A stretch of DNA of 64,000 nt, taken from assembly GCF_009914755.1 (NCBI RefSeq), contig NC_060928.1. One strand, written 5' to 3'. Source of the stretch: the human T2T-CHM13v2.0 reference genome, Homo sapiens. Positions 25,553 through 42,054 of the stretch are shown piece by piece; the first letter of the stretch is position 1, and each line of letters begins with the position of its first letter. A program made the translations under genes and the position numbers. The notes under the pieces were generated by a model that worked only from the letters and a program-made list of their open reading frames with translations, did no database searches and was not told the origin of the DNA.

Positions 25553-28500
25553 GCAATGTCTGGCAAGATGACTGAATAGGAACAGCTCTGGTCTGCAGCA
25601 TCCAGTGAGCTCAACACAGAAGGCAGGTGATTTCTGCATTTCCAACTGAGGTAACCGGCTCATCTCTTTGGGAAGTGTTAGACAGTGGGTGCAGCCCATG
25701 GAGGGCAAGCTGAAGCAGGGTGGGGCATTGCTTCACCTGGGAAGTGCAAGGGGTTGAGGAATTCCCTCATCTAGCCAAGGGAAGCTGTGAGGGACTGTGC
25801 TGTGAGGAATGGTGCTCTGTGGCCCAGGTATTATGCTTTTCCCATGGTCTTCGCAACCCACAGACCAGGAGATTCCCTCTGGTGCCTATGGGTTTTGAGC
25901 ACAAAACAGGGCGGCTGTTTGGGTAGACACTGAGCTAGCTGCAGGAGTTTTTTTTTCACACTCCAGTGTTGCCTGGAATGCAAGCAAGACAGAACCATTC
26001 ACTCCCCTGGAAAGGAGGCTGAAGCCAGGGAGCCAAGTGATCTAGCTCAGCGAATCCCACCTGCAGGGAGCCAAGCAAACTAAGATCCACTGGTTTGAAA
26101 TTCTCACTGCCAGCATAGCAGTCTGAAGTCAACCTGGGATGCTCGAAGTTGGTGGGGGGAGGGGGGCCCACCATTATGGAGGCTTGAGTAGGCAGTTTTC
26201 CCCTCACAGTGTAAAGAAAGCCTCTGGGAAGTTCCAACTGGGTGGAGCACACCACAGCTCCCCAAAGACCCTGTAGCCAGACCGCCTCTCTAGATTACGC
26301 CTCTCTGGGCAGGGCATCTCTGAAAGAAAGGCAGCAGCCCCAGTCAGGGGCTTATAGATAAAACTCCCATCTCCCTGGGACACAGCACCTCGGGGAAGGG
26401 AGGCTGTGGGCGCAGCTTCAGCAGACTTAAATTTTCCTGCCTGCCGGCCCTGAAGAGAGCAGTGGATCTGCCAGCACAGTGCTCAAGCTCTGCTAAGGGA
26501 CAGACTGCCTCCTCAAGTGGGTCCCTGACCCCCATGCCTCCTGACTGAGAGACATCTCCCAGCAGGGGTCGACAGACACCTCATACAGGAGAGCTCTAGC
26601 TGGCATCTGGAGGGTGCCCCTCTGGGACGAAGCTTCCAGAGGAAGGAACAGGCAGCAATCTTTGCTGTTCTGCAGCCCCGCTGGTGATACCCAGGCAAAC
26701 AGGGTCTGGAGTGCACCTCCAGCAAACTCCAGCAGCCCTGCAGGAGAGGGGCCTGACTGTTAGAAGGAAAACTAACAAACATAAAGGAATAGCATCAACA
26801 TCAACAAAAAGGATGTGCACCCAGAAATGCCATCCGAAGATTACCAACATCAAAGACCAAAGGTAGATAAATCCACAAAGATGAGGAAAAAACCACACAA
26901 AAAGGCTGAAAATTCCAAAAACCAGAACACCTCTTCTCTTCCAAAGGATCATAACTCCTCACCAAAAAGGGAACAAAACTGGATGGAAAATGAGGTTGAC
27001 AAACTGACAGAAGTAGGTTTCAGAAGGTGGGTAATAAAAAATCCCTCCGAGCTAGAGGACCATGTTCTAACCCAATTCAAGGAAGCTAAGAACCTTGACA
27101 AAAGGTTAGATGAATTCCTATCTAAAATAACCAGTTTAGAAAAGAACATAAATTACCTGATGGAACTGAAAAACACAGCACAAGAACTTCGTGAAGCATA
27201 CAAAAGTATCAATAGCTGAATCGATCAAGCAGAAGAAAGGATATCAGGGATTGAAGATCAACTTAATGAAATAAAGTGTGAAGACAAGATTAGAGAAAAA
27301 AGAAGAAAAGGAATAAATAAAGCCTCCAAGAAATATGGGACTATGTGAAAGGACCAAATCTACATTTGATTGGTGTACCTGAAAGTGATGGGCAGAATGG
27401 ATCCAAGTTAGAAAACACCCTTCAGGATACTATATGGGAGCACCTCCCCAACCTAGCAAGACAGGCCAACATTCAAATTCAGGAAATACAGAGAACACCA
27501 CAAAACTCTTCGAGAAGAGCAACTCTGAGACACATTATCGTCAGATTCACCGAGGTTAAAATGAAGGAAACAATGTTAAGGGCAGCCAGAGAGAAAGGTC
27601 GGGTTACCCACAAAGGGAAGCCCATCAGACTAACAGCGGATCTCTCTGGAGAAACCCTACAAGCCAGAAGAGAGTGGGGGCCAATATTCAACACTCTTAA
27701 GGAAAAGAATTTTCAACTCAGAATTTCATATCCAGCCAAACTAAGCTTCATAAGCTAAGGAGAAATGAAATCCTTTACAGACAAGCAAATGCTGAGAGAT
27801 TTTGTCACCAACAGGCCTGCCCTACAAGAGCTCCTGAAGGAAACACTAAATATGGAAAGGAAAAACCAGTACTAGCTACTGCAAAAACACCGAATTGTAA
27901 AGACCATCAACACTATGAAGAAACTGCATCAACTGATGGGCAAAATAACCAGCTAGCATCGTAATGACAGGATCAAATTCACACATGACAATATTAACCT
28001 TAAATGTAAATGGGCTAAATGCCCCAATTAATAAACACAGACTGGCAAATTTGATAAAGACTGAAGACCCATCGGTGTGCTTTATTCAGGAGACCCATCT
28101 CATGTGCAAAGGCACATATAGACTTAAAATAAAGGGATGAAGGAATATTTACCAGGTAAATGAAAAGCAAAATAAAAGCAGAGGTTGCAATCCTAGTCTC
28201 TGATAAAACAGACTTTAAACCAACAAAGATAAAAAAAAAAAGACAAAGAAGGGCACTACATAATGGTAAAGGGATCAATGAAGCAAGAAGAGCTAACTAG
28301 CCTAAATACATATGCACCCCATACAGGAGCACCCAGATGAATAAGGCAAGTTCTTAGAGACCTACAAAGAGACTTAGACTCCCACATAATAATAGTGGGA
28401 GAATTTAACACCCCACTGTCAATATTAGACGGATCAACGAGACAGAAAATTAACAAAGATATTCAGGACTTGAACTCAGCTGTGGACCAAGCAGACCTAA

Positions 28501-31500
28501 TAGACATCTACAGGACTCTCCACCCCAAATCAACAGAATATACATTCTTCTCAGCACCACATCGCACTTATTCTAAAATTGACCACATAATTGGAAGTAA
28601 AACACTCCCTAGAAAATACAAAAGAATAGAAATCATAACAAACAGTGTCTCAGACCACAGTGCAATCAAATTAGAACTCAGGATTAAGAAACTCACTCAA
28701 AACTGCACAACTACATGGAAACTGAACAACATGCTCTTGAGTGACTACTGGGTAAATAACAAAATTAAGGCAGAAATAAATAAGTTCTTTGAAACCAATG
28801 AGAACAAAGACACAATGTATCAGAATCTCTGGGACACAGCTAAAGCAGTGTGTAGAGAGAAATTTATAGCACTAAATGCCCACATTGAAAAAGCAGGAAA
28901 GATCTAAAATCGACACCCTAACATCACAATTAAAAGAACTAGAGAAGCAAGAGCAAATAAATTCAAAAGCTAGCAGAAGGCAAGAAATAAATAAGATCAG
29001 AGAAGAACTGAAGGAGACAGAGACACAAAAAACCCTTCAAAAAATCAATGAATCCAGGAGCTGGTTTTTTGAAAAGATTAACAAAACAGATAGAATGCTA
29101 GCCAGAATAATCAAGAAGAAAAGAGAGAAGAATCAAATAGATGCAACAAAAAATGATAAAGGGGATATCACTACTGATCTCACAGAAATACAAACTACCA
29201 TCAGAGAATACTATAAATACCTCTATGCAAATAACTAGAAAATATAGAAGAAATGGATAAATTCCTGGACACATATACCCTCCCAAGACTATACCAGGAA
29301 GAAGTCAAATCCCTGAATAGACCAATAACAAGTTCTGAAATTGAGGCAGTAATTAATAGCCCACCAACCAAAAAAAGCCCAGGACCAGACAGATCCACAG
29401 CCAAATTCTATCAGAGGTACAAAGAGGAGCTGGTACCATTCCTTCTGAAACTATTCCAAACAACAGAAAAAGAGGGACTTCTCCCTAATTCATCTTATGA
29501 GGCCGGCATCATCCTGATAACAAAACCTGGTAGAGACACAACAAAAAAAGAAAATTTCAGGCCAATATCCCTGATGAACATTGATGCAAAAATCCTCAAT
29601 AAAATACGGGCAAACCAAATCCAGCATCACATTAAAAAGCTTATTCATCATGACCAAATTGGCTTCATTCCTGGGATGCAAAGCTGGTTCAACATACGCA
29701 AATCAATAAACGTAATCTCTCACATAAACAGAACCAATGACAAAAACCACATGATTATCACAATAGATGCAGAAAAGGCCTTCGATAAAATTAAACATGC
29801 CTTCATGCTAAAAACTCTTGATAAACTAGATATTGATGGAATGTACCTCAAAATAATAAGAGCTATTTATGACAAACCCACAGCCAATATCATACTTAAT
29901 GGGCACAAGCTGGAAGCATTCCCTTTGAAAACCGGCACAAGAGAAGGATGTCCTCTCTCACCACTCCTATTCAACATAGTATTGGAAGTTCTGGCCAGGG
30001 CAATCAGGCAAGAGGAATAAATAAAGAGTATTTGAATAGGAAGAGAGGAAGTCAAATTGTCTCTGTTTGCAGATGACATGATTATATATTTAGAAAACCC
30101 CATCATCTCAGCCCAAAATCTCCTTAAGCTGAGAAGCAACTTCAGCAAAGTCTCAGGATACAAAATCAATGTGCAAAACTCACAAGCATTCCTATACACC
30201 AATAACAGACAGAGAGCCAAATCATGAGTGAACTCCCATTCACAATTGCTACAAAGAGAATAAAATACCTAGAAATACAACTTACAGGGATGTGAAGGAC
30301 CTCTTCAAGGAGAACTGCAAACCACTGCTCAAGGAAATAAGAGAGAACACAAACAAATGGAAAAACATTCCATGCTCATGGATAGGAAGAATCAGTATCG
30401 TGAAAATAGCCATACTGCCCAAAGTAATTTACAGATCCAATGCTATCCCCATGAAGCTACCATTGACTTTCTTCACAGATTTAGAAAAAATTACTTTAAA
30501 TTTCATATGGAACTAAAAAAAGAGCCTGTATAGCCAAGACAATCCTAAGCAAAAAGAACAAAGCTGGAGGCATCATGCTACCTGACTTCAAACTATACTA
30601 CAAGGCTACAGTAACCAAAACAGCATGGTACTGGTACCAAAACAGAGATATAGATCAATGGAAAAGAACAGAGTCTTCAGAAATAATGCCACACATCTAC
30701 AACCAACTGATCTTTGACAAACCTGACAAAAACAAGCAATGGGGAAAGGATTCCCTATTTAATAAATGGTGCTGGGAAAACTGGCTAGCCATATGCAAAA
30801 AACTGAAACTGGGTCCCTTCCTTACACCTTATACAAAAATTAACTCAAGATGGATTAAAAACTTAAACGTAAGACCTAAAACCATAAAAACCCCAGAAGA
30901 AAACCTAGGCAATACCATTCAGGACATAGGCATGGGCAAAGACTTCATGACTAAAGCACCAAAAGCAATGGCAACAAAAGCCAAAATTGACAAATGGGAT
31001 CTAATTAAACTAAAGAGCTTCTGCACAGTAAAATAAACTATCATCAGAGTGAACAGACAACCTACAGAATGGGAGAAAATTTTTGCAATCTAGCCAACTG
31101 ACAAAGGGCTAAAATCCAGAATCGACAAAGGGCTAAAATCCAGAATCTACAAAGAACTTCAACAAATTTACAAGAAAAAAAACAAACAACTCCATCAAAA
31201 AGTGGGCAAAGGATATGAACAGACACTTCTTATAAGAAGACATTTATGCGGCCACCAAACATATGAAAAAAAAGCTCATCATTACTGGCCATTAGAGAAA
31301 TGCAAATCAAAACCACAATGAGATACCATCTCATGCCAGTTAGAATGGTGATCATTAAAAACTCAGGAAACAACAGATGCCGGAGAGAATGTGGAGAAAT
31401 AGAAACGTTTTTATCCGTTGGTGGGCGTGTAAATTAGTCCAACCATTGCAGAAGACAGGGTGGCAATTTCTCAAGAATCTAGAACCAGAAATACCATTTG

Positions 31501-32018
31501 ACCCAGCAATCCCATTACTGGGTATATTCCCCAAGGATTATAAATCATTCTACCATAAAGACACATGGACACATATGTTTATTGCAGCACTGTTCACAAT
31601 AGCAAAGACTTGGAACCAACCTAAATGCCCATCAATGATAGACTGGATAAAGAAAATGTGGGACATATACACCATGGAATACTATGCAGCTATAAAAAAG
31701 GATGAGTTCATGTCCTTTTTATGGACATGGATGAAGCTAGACACTATCATTCTCAGCAAACACAGGAACAGAAAAAACAAACACCGCATGTTCTCACTCA
31801 TAAGTGGGAGTTGAACAGCGAGAAGACATGGACACAGGGAAGGGAACATCACATACCTGTTGGGGACTGGGGGACTAGGGGAGGGATAGCATTAGAAGAA
31901 ATACCTAATATAGATGACAGGTTGATGGGTGCAGCAAACCACCATGGCACGTGTATACCTATGTAACAAACCTGTATGTTCTGCACATTTATCCCAGAAC
32001 TTAAAGTATATATAAAAA
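25553..32018 (+). mobile_element. Full-length L1 (L1PA7-like), ORFs disrupted; antisense to TTC29
   Basis: 5'UTR begins caagatgactgaataggaacagctc; ORF1 ATG at 26881, ORF2 ATG at 27964 (MTGSNSH), EN/RT fragments in the ORF track with several stops and frameshifts; L1PA7-type 3'UTR; TSD aag(a/t)ctta(a/t)gttct at 25539-25552 and 32019-32032. Confidence 0.96.
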
Positions 32019-32197
32019 AAGTCTTATGTTCTTATCAATAAAAGGTGGTCAAATATTGGCAGTTTCATATGGTTCAACCTAATACATGGTAGTAAAAAGA
32101 AATTTGGGAATGAGTGAACCAATTCACATTGATTTGGATGGAATTTTACTATTCGTAGAGTTGGATTTAGCTAATGAAATATTTTTTACATACCTTC

Positions 32198-32476
32198 TTT
32201 TTTTTTTTTTTTTTTTTTGAGGTGGACTCTCACTCTGTTGCCCAGGTTGGAGTGCAGTGGCATGATTTCAGCTCACGCAACCTCTGTCTCCCAGGTTCAA
32301 GCGATTCTCCTGCCTCAGCCTCCCGAGTAGCTGGGATTACAGGCATATGCCACCACGCTCAGTTAATTTTTTATATGTTTGGTAGAGACAGGGTTTTATC
32401 ATGTTGGTCAGGCTGGTTTCAAACTCCTGACCTCAAGTGATCCACCCGCCTCCGCTTCCCAAAGTGCTGGGATTAC
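32198..32476 (-). mobile_element. AluSx-like, slightly 5'-truncated
   Basis: T tract, both arms, ctcctgacctcaagtgatccacccgcc; ends at gggattac. Confidence 0.93.
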
Positions 32477-32809
32477 TATGTTTTGTTTTCAGTCACAGCA
32501 AAAGGTCATTTCAGCCAAGTCATTTAGTTAATGGATGGTGAAAATAAATGTATCTATCCTCTAATTCGTTTACTGCTCTTATTTTCCCATGTTCATATGC
32601 CATTCTTCTTAACTGAGAATATTGAAGTATCCAAAATTTCTGAAAAATATGATCGTGATGTCACTAGCACCAATCAAATGATCATTTAAATATCTCTTCA
32701 AGAAGTCCTTTGCAACAGCTCGAGCTGCAAAAATTCAGGGTTTTGTTGTTGTTGTTGTTTGTTAGTCAGTGTCACCTCTATTAAAAGCTATCCTCCACAA
32801 ATAAATACT

Positions 32810-32945
32810 GTTTACATGGCTCTTATGAAGCATGGGGGCCAATGCTAAATACTTCGTATATATTATGTCATTAACTTTCACATGTCACCCTATGAGGAAA
32901 ATATTATTCTTATTTTACAGATAATCATATTGAGCCTCAGAGAAA
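32810..32945 (-). mobile_element. MIR fragment
   Basis: accctatgagg...attattcttattttacagataatcatattgagcctcagaga core. Confidence 0.65.
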
Positions 32946-35308
32946 AGAGCATCTTCTGCCACCCCCAAATCTTCTAAAAATCCTCATGAAAATCTCTTTC
33001 TAAGAGGAGGATATTATCTAGGATTGATCTACATTTGTAAAGGCTCTAGGAGACAAAATTTCCTTTCTTCACTGACTTCTAACCCTTTAGGCTCCACCAT
33101 CTCCTCCCTTCCACTCATCTCTCTCCTCCTCACCCCACCAAACACACAAAAACCAAAAACATGCATGTGCACTCTTTTGAACAGAAACCCTTACATGGGA
33201 GAAAGTTTTGCCGTATGAGTTGTTGTCAGTTTCTAATATTTTATGAAGGAAATGAACATAAAAACAACACAGGAACAGCTTTATACCATTACAGCAAGTA
33301 GAGGTAAAACACATCTTCAACTCTGCATACCTCTGTATAATCATGAAGCTCCAAGATCGGTCAAACTGACTGAATAAAGAAATTTCTGGCAAGGTGAGGA
33401 GGAGGAGAAATAGAACTTCTGTGATCATTTTGTTAGAAACAGGAAGAGCACATATAACACTATCTTATATGCCCACACAGACAGTTTAGGAGAACTGTTT
33501 ATTCAAATGATTCATTTCAACCAACTTTGTTAATTGAAACAGAGTCTCTCCATATTACATCAAAAATAACTTTTGTTTGCTGAGGTGAACAATTCTTTCT
33601 CTTTCTTCAAGGCATAAAACATAAAATTTATATAAGAAAAAAAGTTAATTAGAAAAAATAAAACTGTATCAAAGATATTTGTATGCCAATGAAGTAAACT
33701 ATAATTGAGAAACATACAAATATTACAAATATTGAAGATGATGAAAATAAATGTCACTAAAATTATAGATTTTCCTGGTAGATATAAAAGACATAGGACA
33801 AAATATATGAAAATATATAATTAGGCCAAACATAACCATTTTTTTAGAAACAAAAGTATAAATATCTAATTGATATTCTAATTATATTTCTGAGATTTCA
33901 ATTATTTATTGTTTTAGGTGAGAGTCTTAATTAGGAAAATTAGAGACCACAAATAAGTGGACATAGATATGAATTTCCAGTTATTTTTATATGTTATTAA
34001 GTTAAAATTAACTCATTCATTCATTTGGCAACCACGCTGAGCCAGGCCAAATGCCAGGCCATGCAGAAGGAGCAGTAAATGGAGTTTCCACTCAAGTTTT
34101 TGAGGTTACTGTTAAGTGTAAGTAGTGATATGCCTAAAATTTTGATTAGATCTTATTTATAAGTGCCTTTTTACTCTTAAAATGGGAGCTTTATAATTAG
34201 CTAATTATTATTCCCTCAAATTGTACTTAGTATTCCATCTGTAGATGCACACAACTGACATTAAATAGATATAAACCTACCAGTTTTTCTAGTTTCTCTA
34301 TTTTAAAACACTACTAAAGAAATAAAAAATTAATTATTTTAAGATGCAAACATTTGTATACGTACCATTTTAGAATGAGATTTTGCTAATGTATATTGTA
34401 CTTGTGGATGTTTAATTCTTAGAGTTTACTGTCTAAATCTCTTCTCCAAAGGTTAAATACAACTTTCTACAGTTTATTTCTGTTATCAGATAATCCCTAT
34501 TCTATTATAAAATTCAGAAGATTCTAGTAATTAGTCTTGGTAATCTCAAATATGAGTTTGACAATATGCATCCTAAATGAATCTTACGGGAAGAGAACAA
34601 CTTCGTTTAATGTTATTAATATTCCTGATAAGCATTCAGTGGACAATTCCAGGACAGGATCTTGATGACATCATAGACCTTGGAACAACGCTCGAATTAT
34701 TACATTATAACATAGAATTTTCATGCATTATTTTGATTTTTAGTGTCTAAAATGTCACTCTATTCAATGAGCAAGCTCAAAATAAATGAGCATTTTCTCA
34801 GTACTAAGGATAAATCATTTCCTACCCATTTTCCCTATAATTTTAGCGTTGGAACCACCATTCTTTTTAACTATGTCATTAGTCTATGATTTTATTAAGG
34901 AATGAGAAATCTTATAAACCTAGTTATTTCCTCTGAAACATTCTCATTTGACCACTTTACACTAGTTATATATTTTCAATTAACAGTCCATCAAAAGACC
35001 CGGAGGGTAGGATGAGTGGTCCATTTTCTATGATTACATAGTAAAAGGTAAATAACTAGGATACAGGATATTTTTAAGATGTGCTAATTCTAATTATAAT
35101 TACTATAATAATTACAGAAAAGGTAACTCCAATATTTTTCCAATTATTATAATTTTGGTCTTATAATATTTTTATTTCTTGAAAATTGTTAAGAATACAA
35201 TTACAATACCTTGCAGGAGTAATATGAAGCCAGAAAATATTGGGTTTGCTTTTAAAGTTTCAGGACAAGTTTTCAAAATGCTAAAATATTATACAAAAAT
35301 GAAATAGA

Positions 35309-35613
<305 letters not shown>

Positions 35614-35909
35614 AAAATGAAATAGAAGTCTGAACTTTCACAAGTGAGAGAATACTACTCTTAAGTGGTATGAAACTGGTTACAAATTTATTTATTGGTC
35701 CAAGGAACTGACATGTTTTTGATCACCTATTCTGTGCCAGGTTTTTTTCTAGACACTAGAATAATAAACGAGGCAGATATAGTTTCCGCTCTCATTAAAC
35801 TTACATTTTGGCCAAATTAAACAACAATAATAAGAAAATAACATGAACAAGAAAACTATGAGATAAATGCTACATGGATAATTCAAATACAGTAATTTTA
35901 AAGAGTGAC

Positions 35910-36038
35910 CCAGGTGGGGCAGCTCATGCCTGTAATCCGCAGCACTCTGGGAGGCTGAAGCAGGAGAATCCTTTGAGTCCAGGAGTTCAAGACCAGCCTG
36001 AGCAACACGACAAAACCCTGCTTCTATTTAAAAAAAAG
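35910..36038 (+). mobile_element. FLAM/AluJ left monomer
   Basis: gctcatgcctgtaatccgcagcactctgggaggctgaagcaggag...ccaggagttcaagaccagcctgagcaac plus A-rich end. Confidence 0.85.
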
Positions 36039-36054
36039 TTGGGGGGTGGTGGGG

Positions 36055-36468
<414 letters not shown>

Positions 36469-37994
36469 TCAGAGCATTTCATGTAGAGCATTCCAGCCAA
36501 GGCAAATGTTCTAAGGCAGGAACTAGCTTAACATGCTTAAAGAACTCCAAGAATGTCAATTCGCTATGGTGGAGTGGATAAAAAGGAGTAGGAAGCAATG
36601 AGGTCAGAGATAGGGGTGGGGCTATCTCATATTTTAGGACAGGGTAGGGATTTATGTTTATGTTCTCAGAAGAATGAGAAGTAATGGAAGCATTTTAAGC
36701 AGAGAAATCGCATTTTACATTTTAAAATAATTACTTTGGCCTCTTTCTGCTTATGCGGGGGTGGGAGGGAAGAGAGTGCATGCAGGAAGCTGAGTTTAGG
36801 GCTTACTGCAGTGTCTACATGAGACAATATAGTGTCATAAACTGATGTGACAGTTGCAGAGATAGAGGGAAAAGGGTGGATTCGAGATATATATTTGGTA
36901 ACATAAAGGTCAGAGTTTGCTTTTGGATTGAATATGGAGCCGGGGGAGAGGAGAATTGAAGGATTTTCAGATTTTTGCCTTAAGTGACTGGGTGGATGGA
37001 TAATGTTACTATTTATTAAGGTGGAGAAGAGTAGAAAGGAGTGGGTTCCATTTGAAATATGTTAGAAATCTGGGTGGAGGTGCTAAAGAAGCAATTGCCT
37101 TTGCAAAGTTTGGAGTCCCAGGAGAAATCAGGATTGGAGATACAAATCTGGAAGTCACTGGCATATGGATAGTATTTAAAAGCCATGGGCCTGGATGGGG
37201 CAGATAAGAGGAGCTCATAGATTAAAAAGAGAAGATTGCCTGGAAAATGCCTAAATAATATTCTAAAGCAGTTGAGATTTAAGTTGTTAGAAGAAAAAAT
37301 TTAGAGAAAAAAACAATAAGTTCAGTTTTTAGTACATTATAGTTGAAGATATCTAAGTGAAGACATCAAGTAGGTGGTGGGGTATGCATTTGGAATTGAG
37401 GGGAGAGATCTGAGCTTTTAAAAGGATTGTTCCTCAAAACAGAAGGGCAAAAAACACAACTTTTTAGCCTACCTCCAAACAACACCCAAACCCAGCCCTT
37501 CTGTACAACATGAACATTGCTAACCAATATTTTCCTAATAACAGAAAGCACAAGGAAAATAAACTTTTCTGAGGGGCAATATTTTTATACTTGCATTTTC
37601 TTAATGTTTTTGCCAAGAGTTTATATCTCAGCAATGTGTATTTAATTCTCCGATTTTTGATTCTTGGAGAAGAGTTTAGTGTCTGAAGTTAAGGTATAAG
37701 AAATAATATCCAAAAGCTGTGTCAACTTCCAGAAGTTAAATTTCATCAGTTCATCCCTATTCTAACAAAAAATTTGGAGGATTCTGGGTATTTGCACTAT
37801 CTTCAAATATATATGCCTTCAAATATACAAGTTGATTCATACACCATATCATACTGCATATATTCATATACTATATCTTTTCTTCTATGCTATAGGAGAT
37901 GCTCCCTCATTAGACTGTGAGCCTCACAAGGGTTTAGGTCTTGTCTGTTTTCACCACTGTATCCTAAAAAGTAAGCAAAAGCAAATAAAAAATC

Positions 37995-38350
37995 AAGGAG
38001 AGAGGAGTCAATAAAGGCAAAGAAATGGGCAGGGAACCAGAGGGTAGCAGAGGAAGCACACGACATGCAAAACCTGAGCACAGCTAGAGCAACAGGCAGG
38101 GGAGGACTCGAAAAAAGAGGGGAAACAACGTGGTGGAGATGGGGGAGAGGGATAGGATGACCCAGGGGTCAGAGAGCAAGGAGGAGGGACGAGAAGGAAG
38201 GATGCAGGACAGGAGGGAGCAAGATGGGTAAGGGAGGCAGGGAGAAGAAGGGCCAGAAGAAAAGGGGACTTTTTAGATTTCAAGTAATAGGAGAGAGGGG
38301 AGGCAAATGAGCCCAGGGGAGCAAGAGAGGGGATGTAAGACAAAAAGGAA
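37995..38350. repeat. GA-rich low-complexity tract
   Basis: ~350 bp strongly purine-biased on the + strand. Confidence 0.8.
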
Positions 38351-38598
38351 ATGAGACACCTTGTTTGAAAGCACTTACTCTATATCAGGAACTAAAGAAA
38401 TATTAGTTTCACTCATTCAAATTAATTTCAAACTCGATTTCCTTAAAAAAAATCCTAAATCCTTCTGAAATAAAGTCAATTTTATGGCAAACAACAGAAT
38501 ACTGTAGTGGTTAGGAGAATGGGTTTGAATACCATTGCCACCCAGAATTATCTGAGGGTCTGGCAAAGGGGAATTGTTTGATACCACTAAGGGTGTAG

Positions 38599-40766
<2,168 letters not shown>

Positions 40767-40809
40767 AAAGATAGTACTTCTCCAGCTGTAAAGCACATAC
40801 GTTAACTTA

Positions 40810-40950
40810 ATATGCACAATAACTTTATGAGGTGAGAAAACCGAGGCACCTAGAAATTTAAGTAACTGGCCCAAGGTCACAGATCTTACAAGTGAAAGAG
40901 CTGGGTTTTTAACTCAAGCAGTGTGGTTTTGGAATTAGTGATTTTATTCA
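40810..40950 (-). mobile_element. MIR fragment
   Basis: gagaaaaccgaggcacctagaaatttaagtaactggcccaaggtcacag core. Confidence 0.8.
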
Positions 40951-41733
40951 CTACATACACAGACTCTGAAAGAGATTAACAGAAAGTGTATAAACATAAT
41001 TTGAGAACATAATTACCCTAAAAATGATGGATCTTATTCATGATCAAAACAGCAATTATAACTAGAGAAACAAGGCTCTTTCACACTATTTCTAAAGGAG
41101 AATCGGTAATAAAAAGATAAAATCAGGAGAAAATACGACAAAAGTCCATTGTGACCAGTACATTCTACTAATAACAGCTTCTTGAATTGGATAATTTTAT
41201 TTTGGACTTTTTTGTTCTTCTTCCTGTTTTCTCTTTCATGTAATGAATCTGTTGCTAAAATCCACTCTAAATTTTCTGCAGAATTATTTTTAGGATTGTC
41301 GTTTCTTCTTCTAAGGAAACTAGCAGGGTGCCACAGCTGGATTAATAAAGAATTTGGAGCGAGAGAGATGAATGTCAGTGGAAGCAGATAATAGCCAACA
41401 GTTATAATCAATTTCCTTTGAATTAAATATTTTAATTGCTCCTCAAATCCTGTGTCACTTAGAATCCTCACTGGATGTGAATCTATGAATCAGGGTTAGC
41501 AGCTCATAAGGACTGTCCCCGCATGGCCCTAAGATATTGGAAAAGGAGAAGGAGGAGGAGGCATTTCTCCTACTAGTCCTTGCCATGGACATTAACTACA
41601 CCCTGCAGTCCAGGGCCATTCTGCATAATATATTGTGGGAAGACAAGGATGACATGAGAAGATACTTTTAAAATGGGAAATTTCTCCCTAAACACCGCAA
41701 ATTTCTCTATAAACAAGAAACACATAGACTCAC

Positions 41734-41857
41734 TTTTTCATTGTAGATGTCCCCAAGCATTGTACTTGCTCTCACCAAATCTAGGCTTTGAAAATTGTTT
41801 CTTGCAATTTTCACAAATTTTTTCAAGTATTTAATTGCTTCTGTCATCTCTCCTTGG
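41734..41857 (-). CDS. TTC29: TTC29 internal coding exon (124 nt, phase 2 to 0)
   Basis: cattcattctag|CCAAGGAGAG...AATGAAAAA|gtgagt; translates (S)QGEMTEAIKYLKKFVKIARNNFQSLDLVRASTMLGDIYNEK, TPR-like helices. Frame is consistent with both neighbouring exons. Confidence 0.95.
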
Positions 41858-42054
41858 CTAGAATGAATGAAATAGGAAGTCAATGGAGTATCATCTCACT
41901 TAATGTCACAGTAAAGAGGAAGTATCTTGTGTCTTTGCTGTAGAAAATGCAAGATGGTTATCAGGATAATAAGATTTAATGTGTAAATACCAAATTAAAA
42001 TATATGGCTTGTTTTTCTTGGAGCACACATTGAGTTAAAACTTAAACTTTTAAA

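Noticed and set aside
26881-31814. L1 ORF1/ORF2 as functional genes
   Set aside because: Multiple stops and frameshifts split both ORFs; the element is not retrotransposition-competent.
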